From the NCBI GenBank assembly GCA_964019335.1, contig OZ025661.1, forward strand, positions 372,001 through 436,000: DNA of 64,000 bases, read 5' to 3'. This DNA comes from Diplonema japonicum. Taxonomy: Eukaryota > Protista > Euglenozoa: Diplonemea. Both the position numbers and the translations under genes were made by a program. This document shows positions 10,170-23,329 of this stretch, piece after piece. Every line of letters begins with the position of its first letter. Position 1 is the first letter of the stretch. The notes under the pieces were generated by a model that was not told the origin of the DNA, did no database searches, and saw only the letters and a program-made list of their open reading frames with translations.

Positions 10170-13100
10170 TCAGTGTCCTTTCAATACCCACCATGCCGCA
10201 AATGAAGAAAACAACATCCCGAGGACGGAACAGCACAACACACAAAACTGCGCAGCCACGATGACACCTAGCGAGCTGCCCGCATAGTACGCATGCGAGG
10301 AGCCGATTTCGTCCAGAATAGTTTTTAGCGAGGCTGTAGCAGGGGAGGGATCACAAGCGGTGTCCTGAGCACAGACCAATGCTTGGTTAAAAGCGTAGGC
10401 GATAGCGGTAAAATCACCCACAAGACGATGAGTAGCGAAGTAGGTGGTCACGAGCTGGTAAAAGAAATACAGCGGCACCAACAAAACAGCGTGCTGGGGC
10501 GAGACATTCTCGGGCAGGGAAAACCCTTGCTCTTCCTCAACATCATCTACAACATCTTCCTTCTCCTCAGACCCGGTGCTTACCGGTGAATACTCACCGC
10601 CTTCGTCTTGCACTCTTCTACCGTACTCCTTCGCAAGAGTCGCAAACCCGGCGTAACACGTCTTCAGCTCGCTCATCCCCGTTGACTCGATCTTCCCCTT
10701 CAACATGGTGCTCTTGATGAAGTGTATGTGCCCGTCAACTTTAATGGAACATTTTGTGTCATCACCATTTTGCCCAGATAGTGTCACCACCACTTCAACT
10801 CTGAATGTGTCGCCATATGTTATTTCAGGTGTTTGCGAAGCAATGTGGATGTGGACATGGTTCTTGCCGTCTTCCGTAGATGTTGCGTAACGTTGAAACT
10901 CGTCGTACCTGGTGTGCTTTGCCCATGGTGCCTGGACAACGGTTGTGCACGTGAAATGCCGTGTTGAATGTTCATCCCAATCAGGTATTTTAATCGGTTT
11001 TTGCTGCGTCTTCAAACCGGTGTACGCGCCGCGTTTTTTGTGGTATGTTTCAAGAAAACCCTTTTCGTTGAACATCATCTCGAAGCAGGCCCCGACACCG
11101 ATGCCGTCGATGGTCTGCTCGGCGAGGATTTGTTTCGACTTACCAATAAGCTCTGCAAGCGGTGTGAACTTAGCATGGTTGGCATGGTCTTTGAACATCT
11201 CACCGCTTTGCGCCTGCAGCGTGTCCTGCGAGAACACAAGCGGTTTTCTTTTACCAGCGGTGCATGCGGTTTTCTTCCGTTGTTGTTGTTTCAACGATTT
11301 CGGTGCTTTACCGCCGGTCTTGATGCTCCACAATTTGAATATCAAGTCGAACGCAGTGTCCCGTTGCAGGAAAGCCGTGAACGTGAACTCCGCATCTGCC
11401 GTCGTTATGCTAATCGCCTTCAACAAAAGAAGGTCCGCTTTCTTGTTGATCTCGCATATGGAGTCGAGAGCGATGTCCAATGGCTTACCCGACATATGTG
11501 ATGTGAAGACTAAGCGTCGGTCCGTCGCCCATAGCTTTCCCACGTGATTCTTTGCTTTGTACGACGCGGAGAAGCTGTGGACAACCTGCTCATCAGGTGC
11601 AAGAGATGGAAACTGTTTTCGAAGGTCTGAAGACTTGTCGAGCGTGGCATCAGCCATGGAGGTATTCTTCACAAGCATCGATGTGTGCGCGATGTACCCC
11701 TCGGGGCTCTTAATCTTCACCACTCCAGTGTCCAAGACTTCCACCACATCCAAAACGGTTCCCGGCGGAAGATTCTCCACAACCTTCGACCCCGCTGTTT
11801 CCTTATCCACGAAAACCGGGCATGTTGTCTTCGCCCTACCGCCGCCGCCGACCGAGTAAAAACCCAAATCCAACGATTTTTGTAGAGGGCTTTTGATAGG
11901 CGATCGTGGTGAGATCAACCCAACGCTTTGTTGCAAGTCATCCACGTCTTGTACAGGGGATGCAGACGAAACTGAGCCTGACAAGGATGGGATGTTGGGT
12001 GACGATGATCTTTGAACCTTTTGTGTCCCGCCTTTAATGTTGAAAAGCCTTTCGAGAAGCTGGTACGCAGGCTCCACGTTAAAGAACCCCGAGAAGGGGT
12101 GCGACTCTCCCGGAGTGTGCACCGTGATCGAATTAAACAACGTTCCGAGTTTCTTTTCGACACGCAACACATTGTCAAAGGGGATCATGAGGGGGTCCGC
12201 AGTAGACATTCGAGATGTGAAGCAAACATAGTTGTGAGTAATGTACATACGGCCTAGCTTGTGTATGGTAGTCTTGGTGTAGGTGCATTGGAAATCGTCG
12301 ACAAGACGTTCCGAGGCAGGGAGGTTTGGGAACAGTTTGTGCGGTCCCTCTGAAACAGGTTTTGCTGAATTCTTCGTGAAGAGAAGAGTAAGGTAAGAAC
12401 CTTCTTCAGCGAGGACCTCCGGAGGTGTTGATACGGGTTGCCCGTTCATCGCGGTGAGTTTCTGTCCAATGTAGCAGCTTGCTCCTGATCGATCGGCTGC
12501 GGATGACGGTTCGACCTCCGTCAACACCATGGAGTCGCTGAGGACCAACCCTAGCTTTCCCTTCACATCCTCGATTTTTAACAGCATGGACTGCGGGGAT
12601 TGTGTGCTGGCTTGCATCCTCGATTTTTAACAGCATGGACTGCGGGGATTGTGTGCTGGCTTGTTTTTGTTCATATGTTCTGACCCATTTTCGCTTTCGA
12701 ACGCAATCTGATTTTTTCTGGCTGTCGTGGAAGGACCACCACCAATCGCCGGCGTACTCCCAGCCTTCTTTATCACCGCTGGAACGGTCGATCGCCCATT
12801 GTGTAACCCACACAGCGGTTTTTGGTAATTGGATTTGCTCCCTCATTAAGGGTCGTTTGTCTACTGACCATTCGGGGATATCCGTTGGGAGACGATTTTT
12901 ACCCCATCCTACCAATGGGAACCAGCGCTGTGTTTCGTAGGTGTGGGCCTCTTTGCGGGTTATTGTGGGGGCGCGGTCCTTCATGATTTTTCGAACGGTG
13001 TCTGGGTCGCTGATGAGCGCGAGCATCTCGGTGTCGTCCATCTTCTGAAGCATGTCAAATGTAACACCCTTTGCCTCGAATGTTTTGTACGACCCGCCAG

Positions 13101-13350
13101 CGTTGTATTCTTCTAGAAATTCTTTCAGGATTGAATCGTATTCAAGTGGGGGTGGTGTTGGGGTTACCGGTTCATCCGGTTCCAAAGGGTTTTTGACAGG
13201 AGTCTTGCATTCTTCGTCTGGTTGTTCAGCAAGTTGTTCTTCTTTTTCATCATTCGGGACCTCCGTGGGGGCTGTATCATCCACTTTTTCTTCTTCCTCT
13301 TCTTTTTTACTCGGCGACCTATCTCCCTTTGGGACCTCTTCCATTTTCAT
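10170..13350 (-). CDS. SAM-like + DysF (Pex24/Pex30-type) + PDZ + GRAM + SH3-like + GRAM + VASt + TM lipid-transfer protein (LAM/GRAMD1-like); frameshifted in this assembly
   Basis: ORFs 12406-13350 and 10170-12617 join into one 1043-aa ORF if one copy of the 49-bp duplication is removed; YETQRWFPLVGW..EGWEYA..VRKRKWVR (DysF); GRMYITHNYVCFTS and GKLWATDRRLVFTS (GRAM); TPEITYGDTFRVE..KSTMLKGKIES (VASt). Confidence 0.8.
12566..12663. repeat. Exact 49-bp tandem duplication inside the CDS causing a frameshift
   Basis: catcctcgatttttaacagcatggactgcggggattgtgtgctggcttg at 12566-12614 and 12615-12663. Confidence 0.95.
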
Positions 13351-14148
13351 TTAGGGTTCCTTTTTTTTTTTTTTTTCTTGTACGGAAGAAAAAAATAAAA
13401 ACGGGGGGGAGGAGAGAGCAAGACCAATAAAAAGAGAGGGAGATACTAGTGGGATGCCTTTTTTTTTTTTTTTTTTTTTTTTGTTTCCTGTATTACTGGC
13501 TGCATAAAACATAAAAGAAAAATAGGAAATGGAATTCCAATAGCTAGTTTTTTCTTTTTCTTCGTGGCTCTTCAATTCTGACACCCGAAAAAGGCTTAAA
13601 TAGAAAAAAGAGGGAGAGCACAAAAATTTTAAACAAATAATAAAATAACAAAAGACTTACGGTAGACGAATGGGAATGGAGATTGATAAAACTGGTTTTT
13701 TTTTTTTTCTTCTTCTTCCTTCCTCTCTTTCTTTCTTGTTGTATATTGACAACAAAATCATCGTTAGGGCCCTTTGCACATCTCTCAGTTTTTATCTTCT
13801 TCATTCCTTTTTTTTTTTTAAAATATATCTCCACCTCCTTCTGTTACTTCCGTTTCATTGCTTTCTTTCTTCGTTTTGTTTTCTTTTTCTTCTTTTTTTA
13901 TATCGCTTTCCCTTTTTTTCCTCTTTTTTTCCTTCTTTTTTTTTGCACAAAGGCACAGTGGCCAGGGGATCCCTGGGGACCCCTCTTTTGAAAAAAAAAA
14001 AAAAAAAATAAAGAAAAGGAAAAGGCGTGTAGGAAAAAAAAAAAAAAAAAAAGAGGCAAGACAAAAAAAATATTTCACAACCTCTCGGCAAGGGAGAGTT
14101 TTTTCCCCCCTTTTTTTTTTCCCTCCTTTTTTTTCTTATACCAACTGT

Positions 14149-15024
14149 TCATCGAAAAAGCATTATAGCAGCAGTCGCAAGTAAAACAGAGGCGCAAACA
14201 AATTTTCTGGTATCTTCTTCCACGCCAGACAAGAGACTGGGGCCTAAAAACGCACCGACACAAGTACCCAAAACAAGATAAGGGATCAAAGGAGTGCATA
14301 TATTACCCATAGAATGGTGCGCGGTAGCAGAGGCCAAAGAGGTGGGAATCATAGATATCAAAGAACTGGTAGTTATAGTCTGCCAAGGGTCGACATCCGC
14401 AAGGGACATCAAAGGCACGAGAACAGACCCTCCTGCAATTCCGAGGAGCCCCGAGGCGGTACCGGCAACTGCAGCAAGGCACACATAGTACATTACATAC
14501 CCTTCTGGTGTCGCTACTAAGGATTTGACCCATTTTTTAAACCCGGAAGGGTTATGTTGGTCACCGTCCTTCTTGCTGAAAATCCTGTAGAAAATGATGC
14601 TGCTTGTACAGAGCAAGAAGCAAGCGAACAGGGACTTCAGGGAAGCATTGCTCACATGACGGCTCAAACGTGATGAGGCGAAACCAAAGACAGGAGCGAC
14701 GCATGCTAGGATGATGATAGGTGGCATCGAGATGGCAGCTGTAGAGTTAACGTAAGTGGTGCAGCCCCCTATGGTCAGGGTAGTGAGGGCACACACCAGT
14801 GAGGTCCCTACGCACTGCTTGTGGTCTAGTTTTAGCACTCCTGCGAGCAGCGGCACGCAGAACGGGCCGCCGCCCAGCCCCGCCATCGACCCCAGCAAGC
14901 CTGTCCCAAACCCCACGCAGCCGCCCCGTGTGCCGGGCGTCATCTTCACATATTTCTTCCGCAGCCCCGCAAGGTCCCACCCTCGCTTCAGCGACCTTCG
15001 GGCCGTGTGTTGTGTGAAACACAT
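14149..15024 (-). CDS. Sulfite exporter TauE/SafE family membrane protein
   Basis: Two repeats with GLGGGPFCVPLL / GIAGGSVLVPLM, VGTSL, ~8 hydrophobic helices; first ATG at 15024. Confidence 0.85.
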   Translation of the reverse strand: MCFTQHTARRSLKRGWDLAGLRKKYVKMTPGTRGGCVGFGTGLLGSMAGLGGGPFCVPLLAGVLKLDHKQCVGTSLVCALTTLTIGGCTTYVNSTAAISMPPIIILACVAPVFGFASSRLSRHVSNASLKSLFACFLLCTSSIIFYRIFSKKDGDQHNPSGFKKWVKSLVATPEGYVMYYVCLAAVAGTASGLLGIAGGSVLVPLMSLADVDPWQTITTSSLISMIPTSLASATAHHSMGNICTPLIPYLVLGTCVGAFLGPSLLSGVEEDTRKFVCASVLLATAAIMLFR

Positions 15025-15246
15025 AAACAAAAAAACCTGTGTTTTTTTTTTAAAGAAATCGTTGTAGAAAAGAAAAAAGAAAAAAGGAAAAAAAAGAGGA
15101 ACAAAAATATAGGACAGCGAAGAAAGAAAAAAAAAAAAAAAAAACGAGTGCTACAATAATACTACAAAGAAAAGAGGGGTGGAGGGGAGACGGGGCGGTG
15201 TTCGCCACCGATAGTTATATATTTTGCTTAAGAGAAAGAGAAGGTT

Positions 15247-18200
15247 CTAGTACCTTCTGACGGGAGATCTCTCACGCACCACGGTGCTGATGGCTCTTGG
15301 ACGAACCCCAGGGGCAGTGATGCGGACTTCCATAGGACTTTGCGCTGCTGAAGGGCGCCGTTGCTGTTGATGCTGGTGCTGTTGCCTTTGAGGTACTTGA
15401 GTGGAGGGCGGTGTGCGAGTGTACCCTTGAGCAACCTGAGTAGGAGGTGGGGTGCGAGATGGCACCGCCCGAGCTGTATGAGTGTAGGCAGAGTTAGAAG
15501 TAAAGGCAAGGTCGGGGACGTAAGGATGCGCAGCTGGGGTGTGCAACGGCTCATCATACGGCGCTGCACCAGCTGGAGGGGTGAAGGGATGAGTGGGAGG
15601 GGTTGCAGGCGACCTTGGTGTGCTTGATGGGCTCTTATACGGCGCGATACGCGTGAGCCCGGGGGGGGTGAAGGACTTCTTCTTCGACACGCTGTGCACA
15701 GTCGCCGCACTTCGCTCCTCCGGAGGAGGAGGAGGCGGTGCATGGTATGGGGTAAGCAGCGGTGGTTGCTGTGGAACACTTCCACGAGGCACGGCCCGCC
15801 TTGGCGGCGAAGGCCAATCGGGAAGGGACCCACCGTTGTTGTCATAGGGCGCATCGCCATCGCCATAGGAAGAGGTGTCGTGGAAAGCTTCTTCTAAGAT
15901 GTCGTGACGGGTCATGTTTTGCCGTTTTGCTCGAGTGCCGCCTCCAAGGTGCTGCGGGTCGGCCAATACAGGGCTGAGCTGCGATGCTGTCACTTGTCCG
16001 TCCCCTCCGCGCCCCCTGCCTCCTGCCATGTTTAGAAGAACATCCGACAGCACTTTCTCCGCAGGCTGTATCAGCTCCTTCGCAGCACCCGGTGCCCATG
16101 CTTCCCATGCACTCTCCATTCCATATATCTTGACGTACTCGGCCAGCTTCTGAGAGTACCTCCCCGATGCCGCACGCACTTCATTTGGAACGGCGTGCAG
16201 CCTGGCAGGGTCCTTCTTCACAAGCAGCTTGTTTAAGAGGTCTCTAAAGGCCTCCTCTGTTCTGCACGATCGCACGATCTTCTCAACGCTTTGTATCTTT
16301 TGCAACATTGTTGGTGCCGTTGTTTGCTTGCCTGCGCTGGTTGAGGGCCTGCTTCGGAAGGGAGATGTCTTGATGCCTAGTCGCTTCTTCTCGAAGTACG
16401 TGTCGAGGTACTTGAAAAGAGACGCCTCGTCGCCCTTCCAACCGTCAAGCATCACGTCCACCTTGTCTATCTTGGAGGGGTCGCGTGAACGGAGGTAGGC
16501 GATCAGTTTCTTACGGTGCTGCTGGCGTTCTGTCTGCTGCAGAGAATGCATAGGCAGCGAGTCTAGGTTGGTCCTGTTCACAGGAGGTTTAAGGGAAACC
16601 ACATAATCGTTCATAGTGCTTTCCATGGTGCTCGCTGCACTCTCGACCGTGTCGGATCGTGGCCGCCGCCTCCTGCTCTGCTTGGACACAAAGGACTGCA
16701 GCTGGCCGGGTGTTTCGAAGTCGTGCAGCCTGTCATCCTCCTCTGCGTCGGAGTCAGAGTCGGACAATGCAATGTTGTTATCCTTGAGGCTCTGCTCTGC
16801 AATCCTTTTGATATCAGTGCTCACCTCCCCTGTGCTGCTCTTCACGTAGTACTGCGCCCCGGACTTCGTATCTGTCTTCTGGTGCCATTCTCCGCTTGAA
16901 ACCAGCCTTGCCGCTTCCTCTTCGACCATCCCTGCGCTGTCCCATGCTTTGATGATTTTCGCCTGAGCCGGTTTGCTTGATAACGACTGCACGGACACCT
17001 CGCCTGTTGCAGAAGCTGGTTGCTCTTCGTTGCCAAGGAGCTTCAACCTGTCGTCAAGGTTTGTCCCAGAGCGCATCTTTGCTTTCGCCCTCTTCCGTGC
17101 AATCTTCGCCCGTTCCTGTTCCCCTATCGAATCCCCGACTTCCTTCTCTAGCTCTGCCAGTTCGTCACGAATCATTTCTGTAAAGGGCAGTCGCTTCACC
17201 CTCTCGGGTATGGGCATCGAGCTGTGGCTGGCCACGCTGGCGTCGTCGTGTGATGTTTTAAAGGACGTTCTGTGTTGCCGTTTGGGTGTTTCCTTCCCTG
17301 CTTTCGAGGCGAGGGACTGTTTTGCTATGTGCTTCAGGTCGACGGCAGTGCCGTTGACATCAATGTAGATCTTTTTCCCGTTGTGGTCGATCTTCGACTC
17401 GTAGCTGCCGGACAGCAGCAGCTTGTCGATCTCGGAGGCGATAGACGAGGACCGCGAGTTGACCTCGTAGTCCACATCGTCGAAACCGATGCCGTCGTCT
17501 GAGTCCAGCAGCCTGTGGTCGTGCGGCGCAGCCGGTGACTGGATCACCTCCCATGCAAGCCTGAGCTCTAACTGCTTCAATCTGGTCAGTTCTTGCATAA
17601 TGGCAGTCACTTTCTGCGCGCTGTCCTGCTCTTCTGGGTTCACCATGTGCTCCTTCAGAACCTGCATCGCCCATGCCTCAGCGTCGTTGCGCTGCAGCAT
17701 TGCATTGTCGATGACCGTTTGCAACTCTTTCGCGGTGCTTTCGGACCCGTCCTTCCTGAGGTGCTTCAAGATTGCGGTCGCCTTTTGCGCTTTGAGCTCC
17801 ATGGGGATATTGTCCTCCACCTTGTGCATCTTGAAGCTTTCCACCGCGTTCTGTATCAAGGCACGGCGCCTTCTGCGAAGCGTGGCGTACGCTGTTTGAA
17901 TGGCGGCTGCCCGTTTGACATCACCGCTGCGTTTTAAGGTTTCGACCTCGTTGCGTATGTCTCTCGAGTGCTCGAGGAAGTTCTGGTCCGTGACACCGTA
18001 GGGCTGCAGCGTCTGAAGACACTCCATGATACGTTTTGAGAGGAAAATCTTTGTGGCGCTAACAGCACGGCGCAGGTCGCCCTGTTCGTTGAACAGCCTC
18101 TCCTGCCCGAGGCGTTCGATTTCAAAATCTAGGACGTTCTGCTTGAGGTCCACTTCGTACCACTTCACGCCCAGCTTCTCGAGGATAGTCTCAGCGTCTT

Positions 18201-19498
18201 CTTCCTCACCCTCGCCATCGGGGAGGAAGGACTGCAGGATTTTCAATGCGGTGGCCATGTCAGTAGCCTCCTTCCGCATGCCTTGTTTTTGGAGGAGTTC
18301 GATGTGGTCAGAGACATCTTTGGCGCGAGCGTGTATGTTGCTACGAGAGATCCCCATGAACCCCAGCTGGCGCTCCGCCCAGATGAGGTCCGCTTCAGGC
18401 CCTGCGGTGATCTTCTCACCGATGGTCGTCTGGTTCATTGTGTTGTCGATGATGGTGCTGGCTGTTGAGGACAGCGCCTCGGGCTCGAAATGTACTTTCT
18501 GCACGTCAACAGTCTCCACGATGTGCGGCTGGCTTCTGTTCCGCAAGTGTTCCAACAGCTCTTCATACTCATCGTCATCGCTGTCCAAGGGTAGGCCCAT
18601 CGCCCTCCTTAGCCGCCGCAGCTCGTGATTCAACTGCTTTATCCTGTCCTTGTCCACAGTTTTCCTGTTGTCGTACTCTTCTGTCACTTCTCGCAACAGT
18701 CTCGTGAGCTTCTCCTTCTCGGCCATCAGGTACTTCGGGTCGGATATCTCCCATTCACTGTCGCCTATCTTGATTGAGACCCCTGAGTCTTCAGACTCGC
18801 TTCTCTGCAGGGTCTCCCCGTCGCTGGACTCGCCGTCTTGGTAGAAGAGCTTGGCCGTCCTGTTGTTCATCTGCAGATGTTCTTGAAGCTTCATTTTGAT
18901 CCAGGTGCTGTCGTTCACCCTTGGCTGGTTGTGGTCGGGGCATGACACGATGCGGTCCCGAAGCGTGCGGGACACCGCGCGCTCCAAGTGCTGCTTTGTC
19001 TTGTCCATGCCTTGGTCCCAGCCTTCGTCGTCGCTGTCCTCTGCTACGTGCGTGGTGTCGTGTTCCTTGTCGTCTAGCTTGTAGACCCCTAAGAGACGCT
19101 CCTTGAGTGCCAAAGGCGGAGGTGGCGGCGGTGGTTCAGGAGGTGGGATGACGAATTCCTTCCAGTCCACACCAGTCACATCTGCTTTGTTGAAGAAGGT
19201 ACCATGTGCGTCCTCTGTTTGTGTAGCTGTGGGTGGGAGCGAGACCTTTATAAGATCCTCAGGACGGGCACCTGCACCTGCACCTGCACCCCCTGATGGA
19301 AATTTAACTGAGTTAAGCTGTGTTTGCCGAACACCTTTCTTAATAGCGCGTCGTGGCCATCGTTTGTCTGTTTCTGCAGCGAACACTGTCACCGACTCCC
19401 CGTCCCGTACCAGCTGCGTGCTCAGCCCGTTGAACGAGGCTAGCGTTGCCTTCCCCGGACCTAGGTACTGCACGTTGGCACGGTCTTCCCTCTCTCTT

Positions 19499-19530
<32 letters not shown>

Positions 19531-19641
19531 ATTTTTCGAGTCGAATATATCAAACCCAACCCTGCTGCTGGTGAGGGGCGAGTCAACCTTGCTGGTGAGC
19601 GGCGTTTCCACCGGGTCGCTTTGGATACCACGGGTGGTCAT
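15247..19641 (-). CDS. Large hypothetical coiled-coil protein (1464 aa) with WW-like motifs and Pro-rich tail
   Basis: 4.4-kb open frame; GEWHQKTDTKSGAQYYVKSSTGEV resembles a WW domain. Confidence 0.8.
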
Positions 19642-19813
19642 GTGCCCTTCTAGTTGATTATAAAATGACGTTTGCTACAGCCGAAATAAAGGTACTGAAA
19701 CAGGGGTGGACGAAGGAGACACACTTAAGGCAGAATAGGACAAAGGAGGGGGTTTGGAAAGAGGGAAAAGAAAAAAGAAAAAAAAATCGCGGAAAAAAAA
19801 GGGGGGGGGAGAA

Positions 19814-20782
19814 TTAGCTTTGTGTGTCGTTCGGGTTGGGCCTGTCATCAACAACAATGCAAGTAACCGGTTTGTGGTGGCCGTTGAATGTGACAGCGTC
19901 GGTACCCTTGGCGATGTCCCAGAGCTTGCCGGTGCTGTCGGAGGAAGCGGTGACGAGGAAGTTGCCATCGCCGGAGAAGGCACAGTCCCAGACCCATCGG
20001 AGGTGCGATTGCAAAGACCGGTAACATGACCACGGGCTAATAGCCGGGTCATCGTTAACACTGGTGAACCACAGCCCTACTGTGTAGTCCGCTGAACAGG
20101 TGGCTAGAAGCTTGGAGTCTGGGGACAAAGCACATTTTAAAATATATTTATTATGAGCCTTGAAAGTGTGTGTAAGTGAGAGTCGCGGGAGGCCTTGATC
20201 GTCCTTTGCAAGGGACAGCACAAATACTTCGCCGGAGTTGTTGGCAGCGCACGCAAGGTCTTCCTTTACCTGAGAGACGGCGATGGACCGTATACCTACG
20301 TCGCCTTCTGGGACGAGTTCTTGCACGCACTCGTCTTTCTTCATCATCCACACAGAGAGGCGTCCGCTTTGGTCTCCGCAAAGAACCGTTGTTTGGTCGG
20401 GGTGTAGGGCTAAGGTGTTCACAGGGGCCTTCACCACAAATTTTCTTTTGCACACCATCGTCCTTGTGTCCCACACTTTGATCAACCCGTCCTCGGAGGC
20501 GGACATTAGATACTTCCCATCTGTGAAGTACACCAGGGCTGTCACGTTGGAGGTGTGTGCTTCTATAGCGCTTGCTGGGACTTGGCTGGAGGCGCTTATG
20601 TCATAGAGTCTTATGTGTTTGTGGCCCGCGGCCGCCAGAAACGCTTTATCAGGGCTCGTGCACAAACAGTTCACTTGACTGTCTTGAAAGTTCAACGTTC
20701 TGATGCAAATCCCGCTCGGGGCCTCCCAGAACCTTATCGTGCGGTCATACGACGCGGTGGCCAGTAGAACAGGCGGCGGCAT
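19814..20782 (-). CDS. LST8: TOR complex subunit LST8 (WD40)
   Basis: LATASYDRTIRFWEAPSG, DSQVNCL, AHNKYILKCALSPD, HLRWVWDCAFS, GHHKPV. Confidence 0.95.
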   Translation of the reverse strand: MPPPVLLATASYDRTIRFWEAPSGICIRTLNFQDSQVNCLCTSPDKAFLAAAGHKHIRLYDISASSQVPASAIEAHTSNVTALVYFTDGKYLMSASEDGLIKVWDTRTMVCKRKFVVKAPVNTLALHPDQTTVLCGDQSGRLSVWMMKKDECVQELVPEGDVGIRSIAVSQVKEDLACAANNSGEVFVLSLAKDDQGLPRLSLTHTFKAHNKYILKCALSPDSKLLATCSADYTVGLWFTSVNDDPAISPWSCYRSLQSHLRWVWDCAFSGDGNFLVTASSDSTGKLWDIAKGTDAVTFNGHHKPVTCIVVDDRPNPNDTQS

Positions 20783-21024
20783 TGTGTGTGTTTTTTTTTT
20801 TCTTCTTCTTTTTTTTGGTTTTACCCTCCCTCTCGCTTCTCAGTTTTTTTTTTTTTTTCCCCCTTTTTTTTTGTCTTCTTCCTCCCCCCCCACCACCCTC
20901 ACCTTTTTTTTTTATTTTTTTTTTTAAAGGGGTAATTCGCGATGGGTATCTATTCGGGGGGGGAAATATATATAAAAAAAAAAAAAAATTGTTCCTCAAG
21001 CAATCAAGCTGAAGGTATAACATT

Positions 21025-21588
21025 TCAACTCTCCATAACCCTATACTCAGGCCGCACCACAAAGCGTCCGTTGGGCTCACATGCATCCAGGAAGGTCACG
21101 AAGCAGGACGTCACAGTGCATGTGAAGATAAAGACGATGGCGTAGACAAAGGCATGATAAGATACCCGTATCACAGGGGGAGCAAGGGCTGGTGGCGCTG
21201 GTGTCACCACAGATGGTGTAAAGCCAACCCTGCATGCCCTGTCCACCGACCGAGTAGGGGAGAGGTGCCTGCTTTGCCCCTCATACAATGTAACAGAAAA
21301 TGTGATGTCATGGGCCCAGCCACCACGCCCATCCGCATATGACCATTCTTCAGAACAGTCCGGAGGCCTGCCCTCATGTACTTCGCTCACAATGAACCCC
21401 TCTCCCTCACGTATCCCTTTCAGCATGTCATTTATCACCCACCTGCACCCACCCCCGCTGTAAATCCACCTGTTTCCATTGCTTTTCTTCCATACAGGGT
21501 ACCCGCCCACTTCCATATCCGTTTTTTCATACACCCCATCACAGCTATGTTTATCAGTAGAGATCCATAGGTACGCCCTGTCTATCAT
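21025..21588 (-). CDS. Hypothetical protein (187 aa), Trp/Gly-rich beta domain plus C-terminal TM helix
   Basis: Coding-like island; GVY..GYPVWKK..RWIYSG..RWVI pattern; hydrophobic YHAFVYAIVFIFTCTVTSCFVTFL. Confidence 0.65.
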   Translation of the reverse strand: MIDRAYLWISTDKHSCDGVYEKTDMEVGGYPVWKKSNGNRWIYSGGGCRWVINDMLKGIREGEGFIVSEVHEGRPPDCSEEWSYADGRGGWAHDITFSVTLYEGQSRHLSPTRSVDRACRVGFTPSVVTPAPPALAPPVIRVSYHAFVYAIVFIFTCTVTSCFVTFLDACEPNGRFVVRPEYRVMES

Positions 21589-23135
21589 GGCATGTGTTCA
21601 CTTCCTTTGATAAGGATTCTTTTTTTGTGGGAAGGGGGGGGGGGAAATAAAATAAAAATTGAATATAAAAAAAGAAGTTTTTTTTTTAAAAAAAAAAAGA
21701 ATAAAATAAAAAAAATTTTAAGAATAAATGAAAAGAAAAAGAAAAAGAAAATAAAGGGGGGGGAGGGGATGGTGGAAGGAATAAAATGAAATAAAAAAAA
21801 TAGGGTTTTTGGTTGTTTTTTTTTTTTTTTTTTTCCTCTTCTCTCTCTCTCCTTCCTCATTTGAAGTTAGCAGAACACAAAAAAAAGATGGAGAGAGGAG
21901 AGAGGAGGAGGAGCAGGGGGATGAGAGCAGATTGGCTCAAGTTTGCATTATCCTAAATTCTTATCAGTGGAGTATTCTTTTTATTTTTATTCAGTCTTCT
22001 GGAAGCGCGGCCCTAGTGGTGAACTTCAAGAAATTTGACTAGGAAGGGCGCAGTAGTGGGGGGAGGGGTGATAGGGAGAATAACTAGAACGGAAATAAAA
22101 AAAAATGAAAAAAAAAAAGGCGATGTTTAAGGGCAAATCCCACTCGAGGACCACCCTTAAAAAAAAAAAAAACCTCATCACTCATTATCTTACCCTCCCC
22201 ATTTTTTTTTTTCCCGGCAGCCGCAGGCTTCTGAGATGCCATAAAGAAACTGGGGGGAGAAGGGTTGATAAAGAACAACCCTTATACTTTATAATAATAT
22301 TATTATGGAGAAGAGAAAAAAAAAGAAATTGGACTTTGGTTGCAACGCTATTTGGTGTTAAGTGTCCTCACACCTGATGTGCCCAGGTATGTTAACCTGG
22401 ATTGTGTACATAACCTTGCCAAATATTTTTCTGCTGAATCAAAAAAGAAGAACCGGCCGTTGTTTGTGCGTGTTGGTCTGTTCAAAAAAAAAAAAATAAT
22501 AATAATAATGATAGTTTTTGTGACTTATGCCTTTGTAGTTCGCACGAGTAGGAAAAAAACTTAGAAGAAAAGCTGCTTTTTTAAAAAAAAGAACTTTTTG
22601 CTCGGCAGCACAAGTTCATCATAATAAAATCATTTTTTTTTAAAAAGAAAAAAAAAAAAAAAGAAAAAGGCAAGTTATACTTCGTAACATGATACCGCCT
22701 GTCTCCAAATATTCTTTTTTGTTTCTCTTTCTTTTCTTTTTAAATAACTACAATAACAAGTGTTTTTGTTCATCATATAACTGGTGGTGGGTGAAACTGC
22801 AATAGAATTGGTTTGTCGCAACAAAAGGAGGAAAAAAAAAACATTTAGAAAAAGAAAGAAAGAAAAAACTGCACCTGGTGAAGAAGAATCAGTACAACGG
22901 TACAAAAAAAAAAACTTGGCTGCAACTTAAAACATAGTGCTATAAGTGCACTCTCCCTCCACAGGCATAGTGAAGCGAAATTTTCCAACACGAATTCATT
23001 TCCGCATAAAGCAGAAGAAAATCTTTTTTTCCTTTTCGCACCACACAACTCGAAAAAAAAGTGAATCATTTTTTTTTCTTTCTTTTGCGAAGGTTTTGGA
23101 TCAGCGAAAAAGAAAACATTTCGTTTCACATCAGT

Positions 23136-23329
23136 ATGCCTGGGGGGGTCAAATTAGCCCAAAAAGTGACGCAAAGTCGGTTTAAAAAAACAGCTTCTCC
23201 AGAAAGTGGGGGGGGGGGGGGGGGGGGGGGGGGGAATACTATGGTCCGGAACACATAGAAACCGTTTTTTTTTTTTTTTCTTGGAAAACTGAAAAACCGT
23301 CTTTAGTCGGACTTTTGACCCCCCGTCAT
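23136..23329. mobile_element. Possible ~200-bp MITE relic
   Basis: Imperfect inverted ends atgcctgggggggtcaaa / tttgaccccccgtcat; no clear TSD. Confidence 0.35.
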
